A stretch of DNA of 62,757 bases, counting the filler, from Chiloscyllium plagiosum (taxonomy: Eukaryota), in NCBI RefSeq assembly GCF_004010195.1. It is 5 parts of one record of this genome, joined end to end, with 100 filler letters (N's around TTAATTAATTAA, not from the genome) between each part and the next. Parts side by side here need not be neighbours in the genome. Positions count along the whole stretch, not along the records: positions 32,513 to 47,009 come from NC_057717.1; positions 47,110 to 62,757 come from NC_057717.1; 3 more parts are not named here. One strand, given 5' to 3'. Both the position numbers and the translations under genes were made by a program. Shown here piece by piece: positions 37,100 to 50,649 of the stretch. Positions within the stretch are counted from its first letter, which is position 1. Every line of letters begins with the position of its first letter. The notes beneath the pieces were generated by a model. That model saw only the letters and a program-made list of their open reading frames with translations, had not been told where the DNA came from and did not search any database.

Positions 37100-39540
37100 C
37101 GAAAACTGTAAATGGCTTTACAAAATGGAAATCTTGCCTGATAAAAGTATCGGAATTCTTGGAGAAAATGGAGGAAACCGTGATTGTAACATGTTTTGAT
37201 TTTCTGAAGATGTTTGTTAGCACCCATGCATAAGATTACTGAATAAGAAAGGAGCCTTGGCTTTGGAGGTACTGTATTAACATGGAGAAAGGATTTTTGA
37301 AATCCCAATCAGAAAAGTTTAATTAAGTGTTTTATTTTACAGGATGCCAATCTGTGGAGTACCACATAAATCTGTTCTGGGGACAAAAAAAACTTACAAA
37401 GTATTTTGATGACTTAGATGAGGAAAGTGAATATATTGTAGGCAAGTTTGCGAATGACTCAAAAATTGGAGCAGAGACAAGTGGTGAGTATGACACAAAA
37501 AGAAGTTTGCGGAGGGATACTGATAGGACAAGAGAGTGAACAAGGAGCTTTGCATAATAATGTAATGTGGATTAAATAAATGAGAACAGACATAAACAGT
37601 GAAGTTATGCATTTTAACGGGCAAAATAGAGATTGAATTCATAAATCTACAAGGAGTCAGCATCTCCGAACCACAAAAAGTTAGCTTTTAATTTCAACTG
37701 TCAATAAGGATGGCAAATGTCATGTTGGGGTTTGTTTACAAACTAATGGAATATTGAGCTTAGGAACAGTCAGATAGAGCAGCTAATGTGTGGCTGAGGA
37801 GCTGCTGCAGGGATTAGGATTCCCATTTTTCAATAACTGGAATCTCTTCAGGGATAGAAATGACCTGTATAAGAGGGAGCTGAATTGGAAGGGGACCGAT
37901 ATTCTTGTGGGGAAATTTGCTAGAGGTGTGCTGAAAGTTTTAAACTAGTAAGGGGGATGGTGGGAACCAACAAGATAGTGAGAAAAGAGAAATGTTTGAG
38001 GTGAGATGCGGTGAGCAATTCTAGGGGTCAAGGGAGACAACAGTTTGGCAAGAGCGAGGTAAGACTGCGAAACTGCATTTACTTTGATGCAAGAGGCCTG
38101 ACATGTGAGACAGATGGACATGGGGCATAGATGGGAATGTGGGACAAGGATATCATTACCATTACAGAAATGTGGCTCAGGGATGAACTGAACTGGGAGC
38201 TTAATGTTCCAGGATATAGATGCTGTTGAACATATAGACAGAGGAGCAAGTGAGGAGATGGAGTGGTGTTTTTTGGTGAGAAAGAACATTACAGCTGGAT
38301 GTAGAGAGGATATTTCTTGGAGACTGCCCAGTGAAGTTATATGGATGAAACTTAAAAATAAGAAAGAGGTGATGACCTTGGTGGGATTGTAAAATGGGCC
38401 TCCTAATAGTCAGTGGGAAATTTACAAGCGATTATGCTATCTGTAAGAAAAAAGGATAATGGTAGGGAATTTTAACATTCCAAACAGAGTTTGGGGGAGT
38501 GTGAAGATCTTGGAATGTGGAGAAATTGGTTAAGTGTGTACAAGAAAACGTTGTTATTCAATATGTGGATGCACCTACTCGACAGTTCGCAATACTTGAC
38601 CTTCTGTTGGGAACCAAGGCAGAGCAAGTGACTGAGGTGTCCATAGGGGCAGGCTTCAGGGAAAGTGATCATAATTCTATTGGTTTAATAATAATGATGA
38701 GAAAGGATAGAATTGATTTAAAAATGAAAGTTTCAAATTAGAGTGTGGCCAGTTTCGATGATATTTGACTTTGAGAAGTTGGTTGGAGGAGGTTATTCAC
38801 AGGTAAAGGGATGGCTGACAAGCGCGAGGCCTTTAAGAATGAGACAATGAGAGTTCAGTGATGGTATGTTTCTGTTTGTGTGAAGGGAAAGTTATGGGAA
38901 AAGCTCAATGATGAGGGGAATTGCAACTCCTGTCCAGAAAAAAAGGGGGCATTCATCAGATATAGACAGCTGGGATTGAGTGAATCCTGAGAAGGGTATA
39001 AGGTCAGTAGGAGTATACTTAAACAGGAAATCATGAGGGAAAAAAGGGAACATAAAATTGCTTTGGCAAATAGAATTAAGGAGAATCCGAAATGATTCTA
39101 AAATTATTTTAAGGTTAAAATAATAACTAAGGAGAGAATACAGGCCTCAAAGATCAACATGGCTTTCCTGCATGTAACCACAGGAGATGGCAGAGACACT
39201 AAACAAATATTTTGCATTAATATTTACAGTAGACAGGAGGATGGAAGCTAAGAAACTTGGGAAATAAATAATGTGATCTTAAAATGAGTTTATTTTACAG
39301 AAAAGGAGGTGTTGGAGGTCTTAAAGTAGAAAAATGGAAATTAATCCTGGAGACCTGATTAGGTATTTCCCAGAACTTTGTGGGAAGCTAGGGAAGAGAT
39401 TCCTGGACTCCTTGCTGAGATATTTGTATTGTTGATAATCATAGATGAGATGCCAGAAGACTGGAGAGTGACTAGTGTGGCAGCATTATTGAAGTAAGTT
39501 GTAAGGAAAAGTAAGGGAACCATAAACTGGTGAGCCTTTC
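37100..39540 (+). mobile_element. Degraded CR1 fragments (RT piece, then ORF1 end through APE to RT start)
   Basis: KFANDSKIG at ~37445, WNLFRDRNDLYKR at ~37840, QYVDAPTR-AILDLLLG..SDHNSI at ~38560-38680. Confidence 0.7.
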
Positions 39541-39679
39541 ATGCCAGAGATGCTGCCAGACCTTCTGAGCATTTCCATTCTGTTTTTGTTTCTGATACAC
39601 AGCATCCACAGTTCTTTCAGTTTTTATTTAGTTGTTAGAGAGCATTACTTTTTGAATTGGAGGTCTGTTGGAACATAAC

Positions 39680-41080
39680 AACATCCGAACTTAAGAAATA
39701 CAACCAGGAGTATGCCATCTGACTCCATGAGTCAGCTCTGCCTTTCAATAATATCGTGGATCATCTTTGAATGGACTGAGAATCCACTTACCCACCCCTC
39801 ACTATAACCCTTCATTCCTTTACTGTTCACAAATCTACCTTCACCTTTAAAATATTCAACAGGTTAGCCTCAGCTGCTTCGCTAGGCAGGGGATTCCAGA
39901 GATTCACAACCCTTTGGGTGAAGACGTTGGCTTGACCAGCTATCCTTAGTAGCCACACACGCAGATGACAAGCAACATGAGTTCAACTGGGACAACACTA
40001 CTATTATAGGACAAACCAAACAGAGAGCAGCCAGGGAATTCCTAGCGGCATGGCACTCATCCACAGATTCAATCAATAAGCACATCGACCTGGACCCAAT
40101 ATACCGGCCACTGCAGCGGACAGCTGGAACTGACAACCGGAAGCGGCAGATACAAATCACTATAAATGCCAGAGGAAACATCACAGAAGCGCTTCACAGG
40201 AGGCTCCCCAATCCCCTCCCCCATTCTTCTGAATTCCAATGAGTATAATCCCAGTCTGCTCATAAGCTAACTCCCTCATTTCCAGAATCAACGTAGTCAA
40301 ACTCCTCAGCAAACCCCACCCCAGTGCCATCTCATGTAAGGCGATGGAAAGTGTACAGAGTACTCCAGGGGTGGCCACACCAGCGCCCTATACAGCTGTA
40401 GCAGAAAGTCCTAATTTTAAACTCTATCCACTGGCAATGAAGGACATTATTCAATTTGTCTTCCTAATTAGCTACTGGACTTGCAAACCAGACTTTTGTG
40501 TTTCATGCACAGGAACACCCAGATCCCCCTGCACAGCAGCATTCTGTAATTTTTCACCATTTTAAAGTAGTCCACTTTGTTATTAATCCTACCAAAATGG
40601 ATGACTTCACATTTACAAACATTGTACTCCATCTGCCAGACCTTTGCCCACTCCCTTTGCCTGTCTATATCCTTCTGCACACTTTGCTCTATAACGCATT
40701 TAAGTGGCTTCTGCGAACTACAACACACTACACTTGGTCTCTAACTCGAAGCAATCTACCTGAATTGTAAACAATTGCATTCTCAACACTGATTCCTGAG
40801 ACACATCACTAGCCACTGATTGTCAACCAGAAAAACACCCATTTATCCCCACTTTTTGCGTTCTGTTAGTTAACCATTCTTCTGTCCATGCTAATGCATT
40901 GCCCGTAACACTGTGCATATTTATCTTATGCAGCAGCCTTTTGTGCAGCACCTTGCTGAATGCGTTTTGGAAATCCAGATACACCACGTTTACCAGTTCC
41001 CCATTGTCTACCACGGTCATTATAACCTCAAAGAATTCCAATAAATCAGTTAAAGATGACTTTCCTTTCATGAACACAAG
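39680..41080 (-). mobile_element. Degraded CR1 RT and 3' end, interrupted by a PLE fragment
   Basis: KGKSSLTDLLEFFE..VYLDFQNAFSKV and WQMEYNV-KCEVIHFG on the - strand. Confidence 0.8.
39931..40208 (+). mobile_element. PLE fragment of a second family (GIY-YIG C-terminus)
   Basis: DQLSLVATHADDKQHEFNWDNTTIIGQ..REFLAAWHS..INKHIDL matches the recalled PLE endonuclease end; splits a CR1 3' end. Confidence 0.7.
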
Positions 41081-41084
41081 CTTC

Positions 41085-42670
41085 ATTAAATAGATGTAGG
41101 TGTTGCATTTTTGTAAGGCAAACCAGTGCAGGACTTATACAATTAATGGCTGGGCCTTGGGGAGTGTTGCTGAGCAAAGAAACCAAAGGGTACAGATGCA
41201 TCATTCCTTGAAAGTGGAGTTGCAGGGAGACAGGGTGGGGAAAAAGGTGTTTGGCACGCTGTCATTCATTGGTCATAATGTGAAGTGTAGGAGTCGAGAT
41301 GTCATGTCTCAGCTGGACAGAACATTTGTGAGGCCACATTTAGAATTTTTATAGACAAATCTGGCTGACCGTTTCTATGAAGGAAACTTAAGAGGGTGTA
41401 GAAAAGATTTCNNNNNNNNNNNNNNNNNNNNNNNNNNNNNNNNNNNNNNNNNNNNNNNNNNNNNNNNNNNNNNNNNNNNNNNNNNNNNNNNNNNNNNNNN
41501 NNNNNNNNNNNNNNNNNNNNNNNNNNNNNNNNNNNNNNNNNNNNNNNNNNNNNNNNNNNNNNNNNNNNNNNNNNNNNNNNNNNNNNNNNNNNNNNNNNNN
41601 NNNNNNNNNNNNNNNNNNNNNNNNNNNNNNNNNNNNNNNNNNNNNNNNNNNNNNNNNNNNNNNNNNNNNNNNNNNNNNNNNNNNNNNNNNNNNNNNNNNN
41701 NNNNNNNNNNNNNNNNNATAAAATCATGTGGGGCATTGATATGGTGAATAGCCAAGGCCTTTTTCCTCGAGCGGGAGAGTCCAAAACGAGAGGACAGCGG
41801 TTTAATGTGAGAGGAGATACGTTTGAAAATAACCTGTGGGGTAACATTTTCATGTGTGTGTGTGGAAAAAGCTGCCAGCGGTAGTGGTGGAGGTGGGTTC
41901 AATTACTGCATTTTAAAAGGCACCTGGATGGGTGTAAGAACAGGTAACATTTAGAGGAAGATTGGCCAAATGTTTGGCAAATGGTACTCAGTCAGATTGG
42001 GATATCTGGTCAGTGCAGTTGGACCGAAGGGTCTGTTTCTGTGCTGGATATCTGTATGATTATAATGTTTGTTAAAACTGAAAAGAAGCTCTATTCTTAC
42101 CACAGCTGGAATACTGTGACCTGTTCTTGGGACTCATATCACAAAGAAAAGGTACATTGGACAGAGAGACAATCCACATGAGGTTTAGTCGACTGATCCT
42201 GAAGATGGAGGGACTGTCTTGAGAGTAGAGATTGAGTTGTTTGGGCCTATACTGACTAGAACATAGAAGATTCAGTACTGACATTCTGAAATATCTATTA
42301 GTTTCAGGAAACTTGATGGTGTAAATGCAGAAATGTTGTTTCCCCTTGTGGAAGAGTTTCGGACCAGGGAGTAGAATCTCTGAATTAGAGGTCACAAATT
42401 TCGGGCAGAAGAGAATTTTGTCTACTAGAATGTAGAGAATTTGTGGACTTCTTTACCACAGAAGACTGTCGAGGTTGGGTCATTCAGTATTTTGAAGGCG
42501 GAAATGGACAGATTTGGATTTGGTAATTGAATCAGTGCTTACAGTTAAAACGCTGGAAAGTGGAGGTGAGGGTTATCAGCTCAGCCATGATGTCATTGTT
42601 TGGAAGACCAAACTCCATTGGCTGAACCGGCTGCTTCTGGTTCCCTATCTACCTTTGCTCTAGGTTAGTC
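41085..42670 (+). mobile_element. Two tandem degraded CR1 3' fragments
   Basis: LHFCKANQ-RTYTING..VRPHLE and two successive 3'UTR/tail regions ending at ~42065 and ~42660. Confidence 0.7.
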
Positions 42671-43218
42671 TTTTCAGAATTATATAGGCCTCATTTAAAT
42701 TAACCACCATTTCATGTTTGAAGCCCAGCTGCTTCAATCCCTCCTCATCATGAAAAAAGACAGGATCGCCTTTCTCCCTGTTTGATGGCATTGCATTCTG
42801 CCTCTAATGCAGTGACTACATTTACAGTACTCCAGTTCTGTTGAATATTTGTCAAACACAACCACGGCTGTCACAGAAAAGATTAAAGACAGATGAAAAC
42901 TACATTTAAACTACCATATCAAACTCGCTGTCGGCATGTGTTGCATGGAATACACACATTGCAAATTAAAGCTCTCTCAGCACTCATCCATTAAACACAG
43001 CAAGGGTTGTTCACAGGTGATTTGCTTATGTGTGTATGTATGTCTGTGCCTGTAGATGATAATCCACTTGTATAACAAAGTTTTGATGCGTAGTGTTGTT
43101 CCCTTTTTATTCTGGTATCAAGCATTTCAAAATCAGAAAGTGGGTAGGAGTTCAAGCCCCTTTACACGGCTACATCAAATGTTTTCTGTGATTGTACATC
43201 TCATGTAATGTGCTGGGT

Positions 43219-43310
43219 AAATCTCCCTGTACATTGTGCTGTCCAATGCAAACATACCAAATACAAATCTCCCTGTACATTGTGCTGTCCAATGCAAACA
43301 TACCAAATAC
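43219..43310 (+). repeat. Perfect 46-bp tandem duplication in a degenerate minisatellite-like tract (~43200-43430)
   Basis: aaatctccctgtacattgtgctgtccaatgcaaacataccaaatac occurs twice. Confidence 0.85.
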
Positions 43311-44451
43311 ATTTTGGTTTAGACACAGTGTAGAGCTGCATCCAGGATTCCCTAAAAAAAAACCCCAGAGCAGGTACAACACAGAGTCGACACAGAATAA
43401 ATCACCCTCTACAATATTAAACATTCCATGAGATGTGCAGTAAAAGTTAATTATAGACTAAATATGCATTGCACTCAACCATTAAACATTCCTCAGCCAA
43501 GAATAATACTGCTGAGTTACAATGAAAACACCATCACAGTAAAGTCTTGCAGCCTCATTCCGATCAAGCATTTCCAGATCACTCAATACTCAGACAGATT
43601 TTTGACAAAATCTGGCTGTACTGACTCAAATCTCTCGAAAGAAATGGATGAATTTGGCTGAGAGCATATTTTGTGAGGTGTTGGCTTCATGTTATTAAGG
43701 AAAACATTGTCGGATTGTGGAGAGGCAAAACAAGACATCAGATATAAAAAAATGGGGGGAAGGCAGCAGAGGAAGAGAGAAAAAGAGACACAGAAATATT
43801 AGCTGTGTCAATGTATCTCTTAATTATAGTTTGTTTTGACTAAACATGACAATTGATACCTCTGTCATCAACAATCATACAACTTATGTACTAAAAAGTC
43901 CTAACCTCAATTAGTATTGGAATCCATTGAGTTATTTACATGTTTTCCACAATTCGTGTGCTGTACTTGAGGGGAAATATAAATTGGGGGTTTTTGTTCT
44001 GTAATTTATTCTGAGAATTCTATTTCTGTGTTTATTTACATAAATGCTTAATTGGTTTCAAAGAAGTGATGGTGACAGCAAAGCCTGTTGAAAGCAGTGA
44101 TTTGTTGGTAAGATTCAAATCGAAACAAGTTTATTTTAAGAATGTTGACCATTTTCAGAAGTGAATACAAATTTATGAAAACGAATTGCAACAGATTTTA
44201 TTTATTTATGGACGATAAACACAATTTAAAACTTTTATTTGGGTTAAAAATTCAGTGCTGAAAATTCTGCAATTAAACTTCAATGTTGAACTGGATCTAC
44301 TCTGAATGTCCCACTGATTTATATTGTAGTCCGTTTAGACGGTGCAACATCACTCAAAGAATATTCACGCGTGAAATACTTGAAATGACATCAGGAACTG
44401 CTGCAACAATTACATTTAATTGATATAGTTGTTGTGAGGTTTTGTTACATG

Positions 44452-44790
44452 TATTACTTTCTGGCTAGGGTCAGCAATGTGTCCCAATCCCCAATTGCCC
44501 ATTGAATAGCTTGTTAAAGCCACTTCAGAACACAGTCAATTCCTTCCCAGTATGTCTGGAATCTCATGTCGGCCAGACCATGTAAAGGTGACAAATGCCT
44601 TGTCATTCGTGAACCAGCTGTTTTTGTATTTTTTTCCATTGACTCGGGTGACATGGTCACCATTTGGCTTTCTTTCCCATTCCAGGCTTTCTTTGAATTC
44701 AAATTTCACTCTGGGCAAACGATGGTATTCCAAACCCAGTCTATTCAACATCAAACTGGAGTTTGGAATATTGGTGTCATGATATCACCA
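44452..44790 (-). mobile_element. Degraded DeuSINE (SacSINE1-like)
   Basis: Reverse complement has cctttacatggtctggccgacatgagattccagac..gggcaattggggattggg; homologous to 51290-51610. Confidence 0.6.
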
Positions 44791-45149
44791 CTGTGATCCT
44801 AATATTGGAAATGCACAGAAAGCGGTCACAAACAGAAATGCAATAAATCTGACACTTTACATCATGAACAAATATTGGAGTGCAATACTGGCAAGAACCC
44901 TCCTGCTGTTCACAGCAACATCACAGGAGAATTTGCATCCAATCATTAATCTTAAATTTGTACTGGACTCTGTCTGCAGAGCCTACACATTTTTTGAATT
45001 CTTCAATGACTTATGAAAAAGTTAGTCACATATCCCAAGAAGGTGGTCATCAGCTACCTTTTTGAATGCCTGCCATCTTGCTCGGCTAATTATGGTTGAT
45101 CTTTCTTAAGAAGCTTTATTACAACAAAGTGGCTTCTCAGTCGAGACTG

Positions 45150-45291
45150 TAGTGCTGGAAAAGTACAGCAGGTCAGGCAGCGTCCGAGGAGCAGGGGAAT
45201 CGACGTTTCGGGCATGAGGCCTTCATTAGGATACCTGATGAAGGGGTTATGCCTGGAACGTTGATTTTCCTGCTCCTCGGATGCTGCCTGA
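45150..45291. mobile_element. Palindromic mini-element made of two inverted PLE termini
   Basis: Arms of ~58 bp (45173-45230 and 45234-45291), each with a hammerhead-like motif. Right arm runs into a gap. Confidence 0.8.
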
Positions 45292-45566
45292 NNNNNNNNN
45301 NNNNNNNNNNNNNNNNNNNNNNNNNNNNNNNNNCAGACGTCCTCCTCTGAAGGACAATACTGAACCATGTAACATGCTTCAAACCTTTGGTAGGTCTGTG
45401 ATTATCGTTCATTATTCCAGCATTTTGATTTCATACTCTTTTATTAATTGAAGCTACCATGGTAGGGACTGATTCTGGAACTTTTCTCCAAACCTTTTAA
45501 TTGCTTATTACATACTCATAATGCCTCCTCAACCACTTTATCAAACTGTCATGTTAGATTCAACGA

Positions 45567-47009
45567 TTTTTTTTATTGACTCATGGAACATGGTGGTTGC
45601 TTTTAGTTGTCTGTAGATGTCCTTCAGCAGTTGGCAGTAAGCTGCCTTTCTGAAATAACATGTTCCAATTTGGCCTGAGGAAGGGAATTCCAGATTTTCA
45701 CCCAATTACAGTAAAGGATCGGTGAATATTTCCATGTCAGGATGCCGAGTGTTTTAGAGAGGAGCTTACAGTGGTGCTGTTCCCTTGTATCTGTTGCTCC
45801 TGTCCTTCGAGATGTAAGTGGTAGTGGGAAGGTACTGTCTAAGGAAGTGGCTAAGTTACTGCATTGTAGTATTTTAGATAGTGCATATGGCAGGTACTAA
45901 GGATTAGATTTGGAGGCAATCGACACTTGTGGATGTGCTACTGATCAAGTGGGATGCTTTGTCCTGGACAATGCCAAGCTTCTTGAGTGCTGTTGAAGCT
46001 GTTCCTATCCAGTCAAGGGGTGAGCTGTGCTATTAGCCTCCTGACCTCTGTCTCTTAGACAGTCAATTGGCTTTGTGAGTCAGGAGGGTGAGTTACTCGC
46101 TGCAGTATTCCTAGCCTCTGGCCTGCTTGTACAACCATTGTATTTATGTGGAGTGTCCAGCTCATTTTCTAATGAACAATAAAACCCAGGGTGTCGATGG
46201 TGAGGGATTCAGTGATGGTAACACTATTGAATGTCAAGGGGTTTCGGTTAGGTTGTCTCTTATTGTCAATGGTCATTGTCTCTCAGTTTTGCGGTGTGAA
46301 TGCTATGTGCCACTTGTCAGCTCAAGTCTGGAAATTGTCCAGATTTTGTTGCGTTTGAATGTGGACTGAGGAGTCACAGAAAGGTGCTAGATTAATGCAG
46401 ATTTCACTTCTGACCTTCTGATGGAGGGAAGGTCATTGCTGAAGCAGCTGAACATGATTGTGCCAAGGACACTTTCTTCAGGAACTCCAACAGAGATTTG
46501 CTTTGGCTGAGACGACTGCCCTCTAACAAGCAGAGCCATATTTCAATGTGTGAGGTATGACTGCAGGCAGCAGGGAGGTTGTCACCTGATACCCATTGAA
46601 TCCAGTTTTGCCCGGCTCCATAATATCACACTCTGTCGAATGTGACCTTAATGTCAAGGGCAGTCACTCTCCCCTGATTTCTGGTATTCAGTTCTTTGTC
46701 CATGTTTAAATCAAGTCTGTAAATCAGACATGAGCTGAGTAGGTCTTGCGTAACCCACATTTACGCAGGTTATTGCTGAGCTAGTGCTGCTTGATAGCAC
46801 CTTCCTACATCTAACTCATGATTGAGCATGGACTGATGGGGCAGTAATTCGCCAGGGTGGTTTGACCTATTTTCTGTGCACAGGACGTGCCTGGCCTATT
46901 TTCCACATTGTCCATGCCAGTGTTTAAGCTGTACCGGGATTGCTTGGCTAGCACAAGCCATCAGTATTATTGCCAGAATTTTGTCAGGCCCCATAGCATT
47001 TGCAGTAAC
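45567..47009 (-). mobile_element. Degraded L2/CR1-clade LINE 3' part (second fragment at ~55840-55985, +)
   Basis: Minus-strand translation PLTFN-VTITES-TI-TLG...SWT-HIN-MV-QAGQRLGILQRV is an ORF2 C-terminal region; T-rich end at ~45567. Confidence 0.65.
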
Positions 47010-47109
47010 NNNNNNNNNNNNNNNNNNNNNNNNNNNNNNNNNNNNNNNNNNNNTTAATTAATTAANNNNNNNNNNNNNNNNNNNNNNNNNNNNNNNNNNN
47101 NNNNNNNNN

Positions 47110-48660
47110 AATCAGAGGCAACAGTACTTCAGCTGAATAACAGCAACAGCAGAGGCACAAGGGAGAAGCTGGGTAGAATTGACTGGGAGAGTAGCCTAGC
47201 AAGAAAGACAGTAGAACAGCAATGGCAGGAGACTCTAAGAGTAATTTAGGAGACACAGCAGATATTAATTGCAAGGAGAAAGAAGCATGTACAGGGAGGA
47301 TGAGGCAAACATCGCTGACGAGAGAAGTCAGGGATAGCATCAAAGCAAAATGAGAGAAGTATATAACGTAGCGAAGGACAGTATGAACCAACGGATTGGG
47401 AAGCTTACAAAGACCAGGAGAGGGCAAAAAAATGTATAACCCGGGGAGAAAATTAAATAAGGGGGTAAGCTAGCTACTTACATAGATAAAGTTCAAAAGA
47501 AAGGCAAAAGTAGACATTGGAAATGACACCAAAGATGTAGTGGTGGAATGACTGAGGAACTTTAGTCAGTCTTCACAGTGGAAGACATGATTAATTTCCC
47601 AAGAATTCAACAGGGTGAGGAGCAGAACGGAGTATGGTGATCATCACCAAAGAGAACGTGTTAGATAACTGAATGGCCAGAATGCAGATAGATCATCTGG
47701 ACCAGATGGACTACACCCCAGCCTTGTAAGGGAGATAGCTGAAGATGTAGTGCAAACGTTAGTTGTGATCTTGCAGGAATGACTAGAATCAGGAAAGGGC
47801 AAAGTGGACTGGAAAATCTCTCACGTGACACCCCGTGTAACAAGGGATTAAGGCAGAAGATGGAAAGTTACAGACTGATTAACCTAACCTCAGTTGTGGG
47901 TAAGATCCTGAAATCCATTATGAAGGATGCGATGTCTGAATACTTGGATGTAGCTGGTAAAATATGGCAGAGTTAGCATGGTTTCATCAAGGGGCGGCCA
48001 TGCCTGACAAACCCGCTAGAATGTTTTGAGGAAGTACTGAGCAGATCAGGAGAACCAATGGATATTACCAACCTGAACCTCAAGATGTATTTTGACAAAT
48101 TGCTACACTCGATGTTATTGAGAAAGGCGACCCTTGGTGTCATAGGCAACGTGCTAGTATCGATAGAAGCCAGCAGAGAGCAAGGATAATATGTGCCTTC
48201 TCAAGATGGAAGTCAGTGACAAGCATTGTTCCACAAGACTCAGTGTTGGGATCACAAACTTTCACATTATACACTTAATAATCTAGATAAAGGAACTGAG
48301 GGCACTTCGGTAATTCTTAGTATTAGAATCACTAGAGTTTGGAAACAGGCCTTTTGGCAAATAAAGCCCACACCAACCCACCGAAGAGTAACCCAACCAG
48401 ACCCATTCTCTGATGACTAATAACAAAGGTTTTGGGCAATTTAGCATACCAATTTCACGTAATCTGCACATGCTTGGACTGCAGGACAAAACCAGAGAAC
48501 CCATGGGGCGAATATGCAAACGCCAAACTGGCGGTTACCCGAGGAGAGAATTGAACCTGGGTCCTTCGCACTGTGAAGCATCCATACTAAGCCACCGTGC
48601 TACCCACAGCCTGATCCCCAGACAGTACAAAGATATGAAGAGGGTCGGATAGCATTGAAG
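47110..48660 (+). mobile_element. Degraded CR1 ORF2 with nested SINE
   Basis: SYRLINLTSVVGKILKSIMKD and HGFIKGRPCLTN motifs. Confidence 0.7.
48323..48606 (-). mobile_element. Degraded HE1-type SINE
   Basis: Reverse complement begins gtgggtagcacggtggcttag..cccaggttcaattc and ends gcctgtttcc..tgattctaa. Confidence 0.75.
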
Positions 48661-48679
48661 AGGTGGCGAGCTTGCAGAA

Positions 48680-48880
48680 TGGTGCTCCACCGAATCTCCT
48701 CAACTTCCCACACCTCTGTACTTGAACCCCACCCTTCCGACTCCAACAAGAATAGACCCCATGGTCCTCAACTTCCATCCCACCAACCTCCAGCTACAAC
48801 TAATCATTCTCCACCATTTTTGCCACATATAGTCAGACCCCACCACCGAGATATATTTCCCTCCCCACCCCTATCGGTAT
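48680..48880 (+). mobile_element. PLE fragment
   Basis: LHRISST..LEPHPS..RDIFPSPPLS; homologous to 16885-17100. Confidence 0.7.
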
Positions 48881-48882
48881 TA

Positions 48883-49497
48883 TAGACAATAGACAATAGA
48901 CAATAGGTGCAGTAGTAGGCCATTCTCCCCTTTGAGCCGGCACCACTATTCATTATGATCATGGCTGATCATCCTCAATCAGTATCCTGTTCCTGCCTTA
49001 TCTCTATAACTCTTGATTCCACTATCCTTGAGAGCTTTATCCAACTCTTTCTGAAACGAATCCAGAGACTGGGACTCCACTGCCCTCTGGGGAGAGCATT
49101 CCACACACCCACCACTCTGTGGGTGAAGACGTTTCTCCTCATCTCTGTCCTAAATGGCCTACCCCTTATTTTTAAGCTGTGTCCTCTGTTTCGGGACTCA
49201 CCCATCAGCGGAAACGTGTTTCCTGCCTCCAGAGTGTCCAATCCTTTAGCAATTTTATACGTCTCAATCAGATCCCCTCTCAGTCTTCTAAACTCAAGGG
49301 TATACAAGCCGAGTCGCTCCAATCTTTCAACATAAGATAGTCCCGCCATTCCAGGACTTGACCTCGTGAACCTATGCTGCACTCCTTCAATACCCAGAGT
49401 GTCTTTCCCCAAGTATGGTCTCACCAGGGCCCTGTACATCTGCAGAAGAACCTGTTTGATTCTATACTCAATCCCTCTTGTTATGAAGGCGAGCAAA
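48883..49497 (-). mobile_element. CR1 3' end, same family as 9605-13516
   Basis: (ACAATAG)n tail; ERLERLGLYTLEFRRLRGDLIETYKI identical to the ORF at 12859. Confidence 0.9.
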
Positions 49498-50577
49498 CTA
49501 CAAAGAATTATGTACCTGCACCCCGAGCTTCCGTGTTCTCCAACACTACGCAAAGCCCTATCAGTAACTGTATAAGCCCTACACGTTTTGTTGTACCAAA
49601 ATGCAATGCCTTCTGTTTATCCAGATTGAACTCCATGTTACATTTTTCAGTCCAACGACTTATTGGATTAAGATCCTTTTGAATCTTAGATAATCTTTCT
49701 CACTGTCTACAATTCTGGTATCGCCTGCAAACCTACGAAGCATGCCTGCTGCGATTTCCACTGTTTTCTCATATTTACTTGTAGTGGCCGTGATTTAGCA
49801 ATGTGCAGATCATACAGCAGTCAGTCATGCAATTAACCATGAGGAAGAAGGCCGCAGACTGCAGGGAGATATCAAACAATTGGAAAGAAAAATGGTGAAA
49901 GCAATTCATTCCAGGGAAGTTGGTAAGAGTGAAGCAAGATCAAACTTCAAACCATCTGCCCACGCTCCAGTTGCGGCACTCAGCTGTCTCAGCAAGATGC
50001 TCTGTAGATTGCTGTTATTATAAACGGGAACAAATTTTCCCTCCTGTCCCACCTTTGACCAGGAACACTCCCAATCTCTGAATTGTTTGTGCCTCTAAAC
50101 CGTCATAGAAGTACCGTGCATTCACTGGTTGTGTCACTGGAGCCATCGAGATGCTCTGTGACTTTATTCCCATCCCGATTTCAAGTTGGAACTTCACGGT
50201 TGCGCAACTCAATTCCTCTGATTCTGGGGCTGGGAACTGGGACTCTGTGGCAGCAGTGGATACTGCCTTTGTGGGGAAACTGGTGAAGTAGCCGATGTTA
50301 ATCTGCATTACTATTGAAGCATACATTTCGACAAAAACTGCACTGTCCCCGGAGTCTTTGATGTTTTGGAGAAATCTATTTATCTCAGCCTTCAGTATAT
50401 TAATGATGGAATCACCACAGCCTCCGGGGGCACCAAAGTTAAACGGTCAGCCCATTCTGAGTTCCCAATTATCTGCCACTGTTCGATAAGCACTGATATT
50501 GTGCATTTGGTGTTCTGCCTAACATTTCCTCTGCTACTGTACCTATTGTGCACTTTTCAAGTGTTCGTTTCTGGGAT

Positions 50578-50649
50578 GCCGTGATCGTATAGTGGTTAAT
50601 ATTCTGTGTTGTAGCCACAGTAACCTCGGTTCAAATCTGAGTCACGGCA
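50578..50649 (+). tRNA. tRNA-His-derived gene or pseudogene with GTA anticodon
   Basis: 72-nt cloverleaf GCCGTGA..TCACGGCA. Differs from the recalled vertebrate tRNA-His(GTG) by 8 transitions, including anticodon GTG>GTA at 50611-50613. Boxes A and B recognisable; first T-run is ~50 nt downstream. Confidence 0.85.

Noticed and set aside
42700..44450. AT-rich non-repeat interval as possible host exons
   Set aside because: No convincing ORF, protein motif or splice-bounded exon; cannot be excluded without RNA data.
50018..50326. 102-aa minus-strand ORF
   Set aside because: No recognisable domain; adjoins a degraded CR1 3' fragment.
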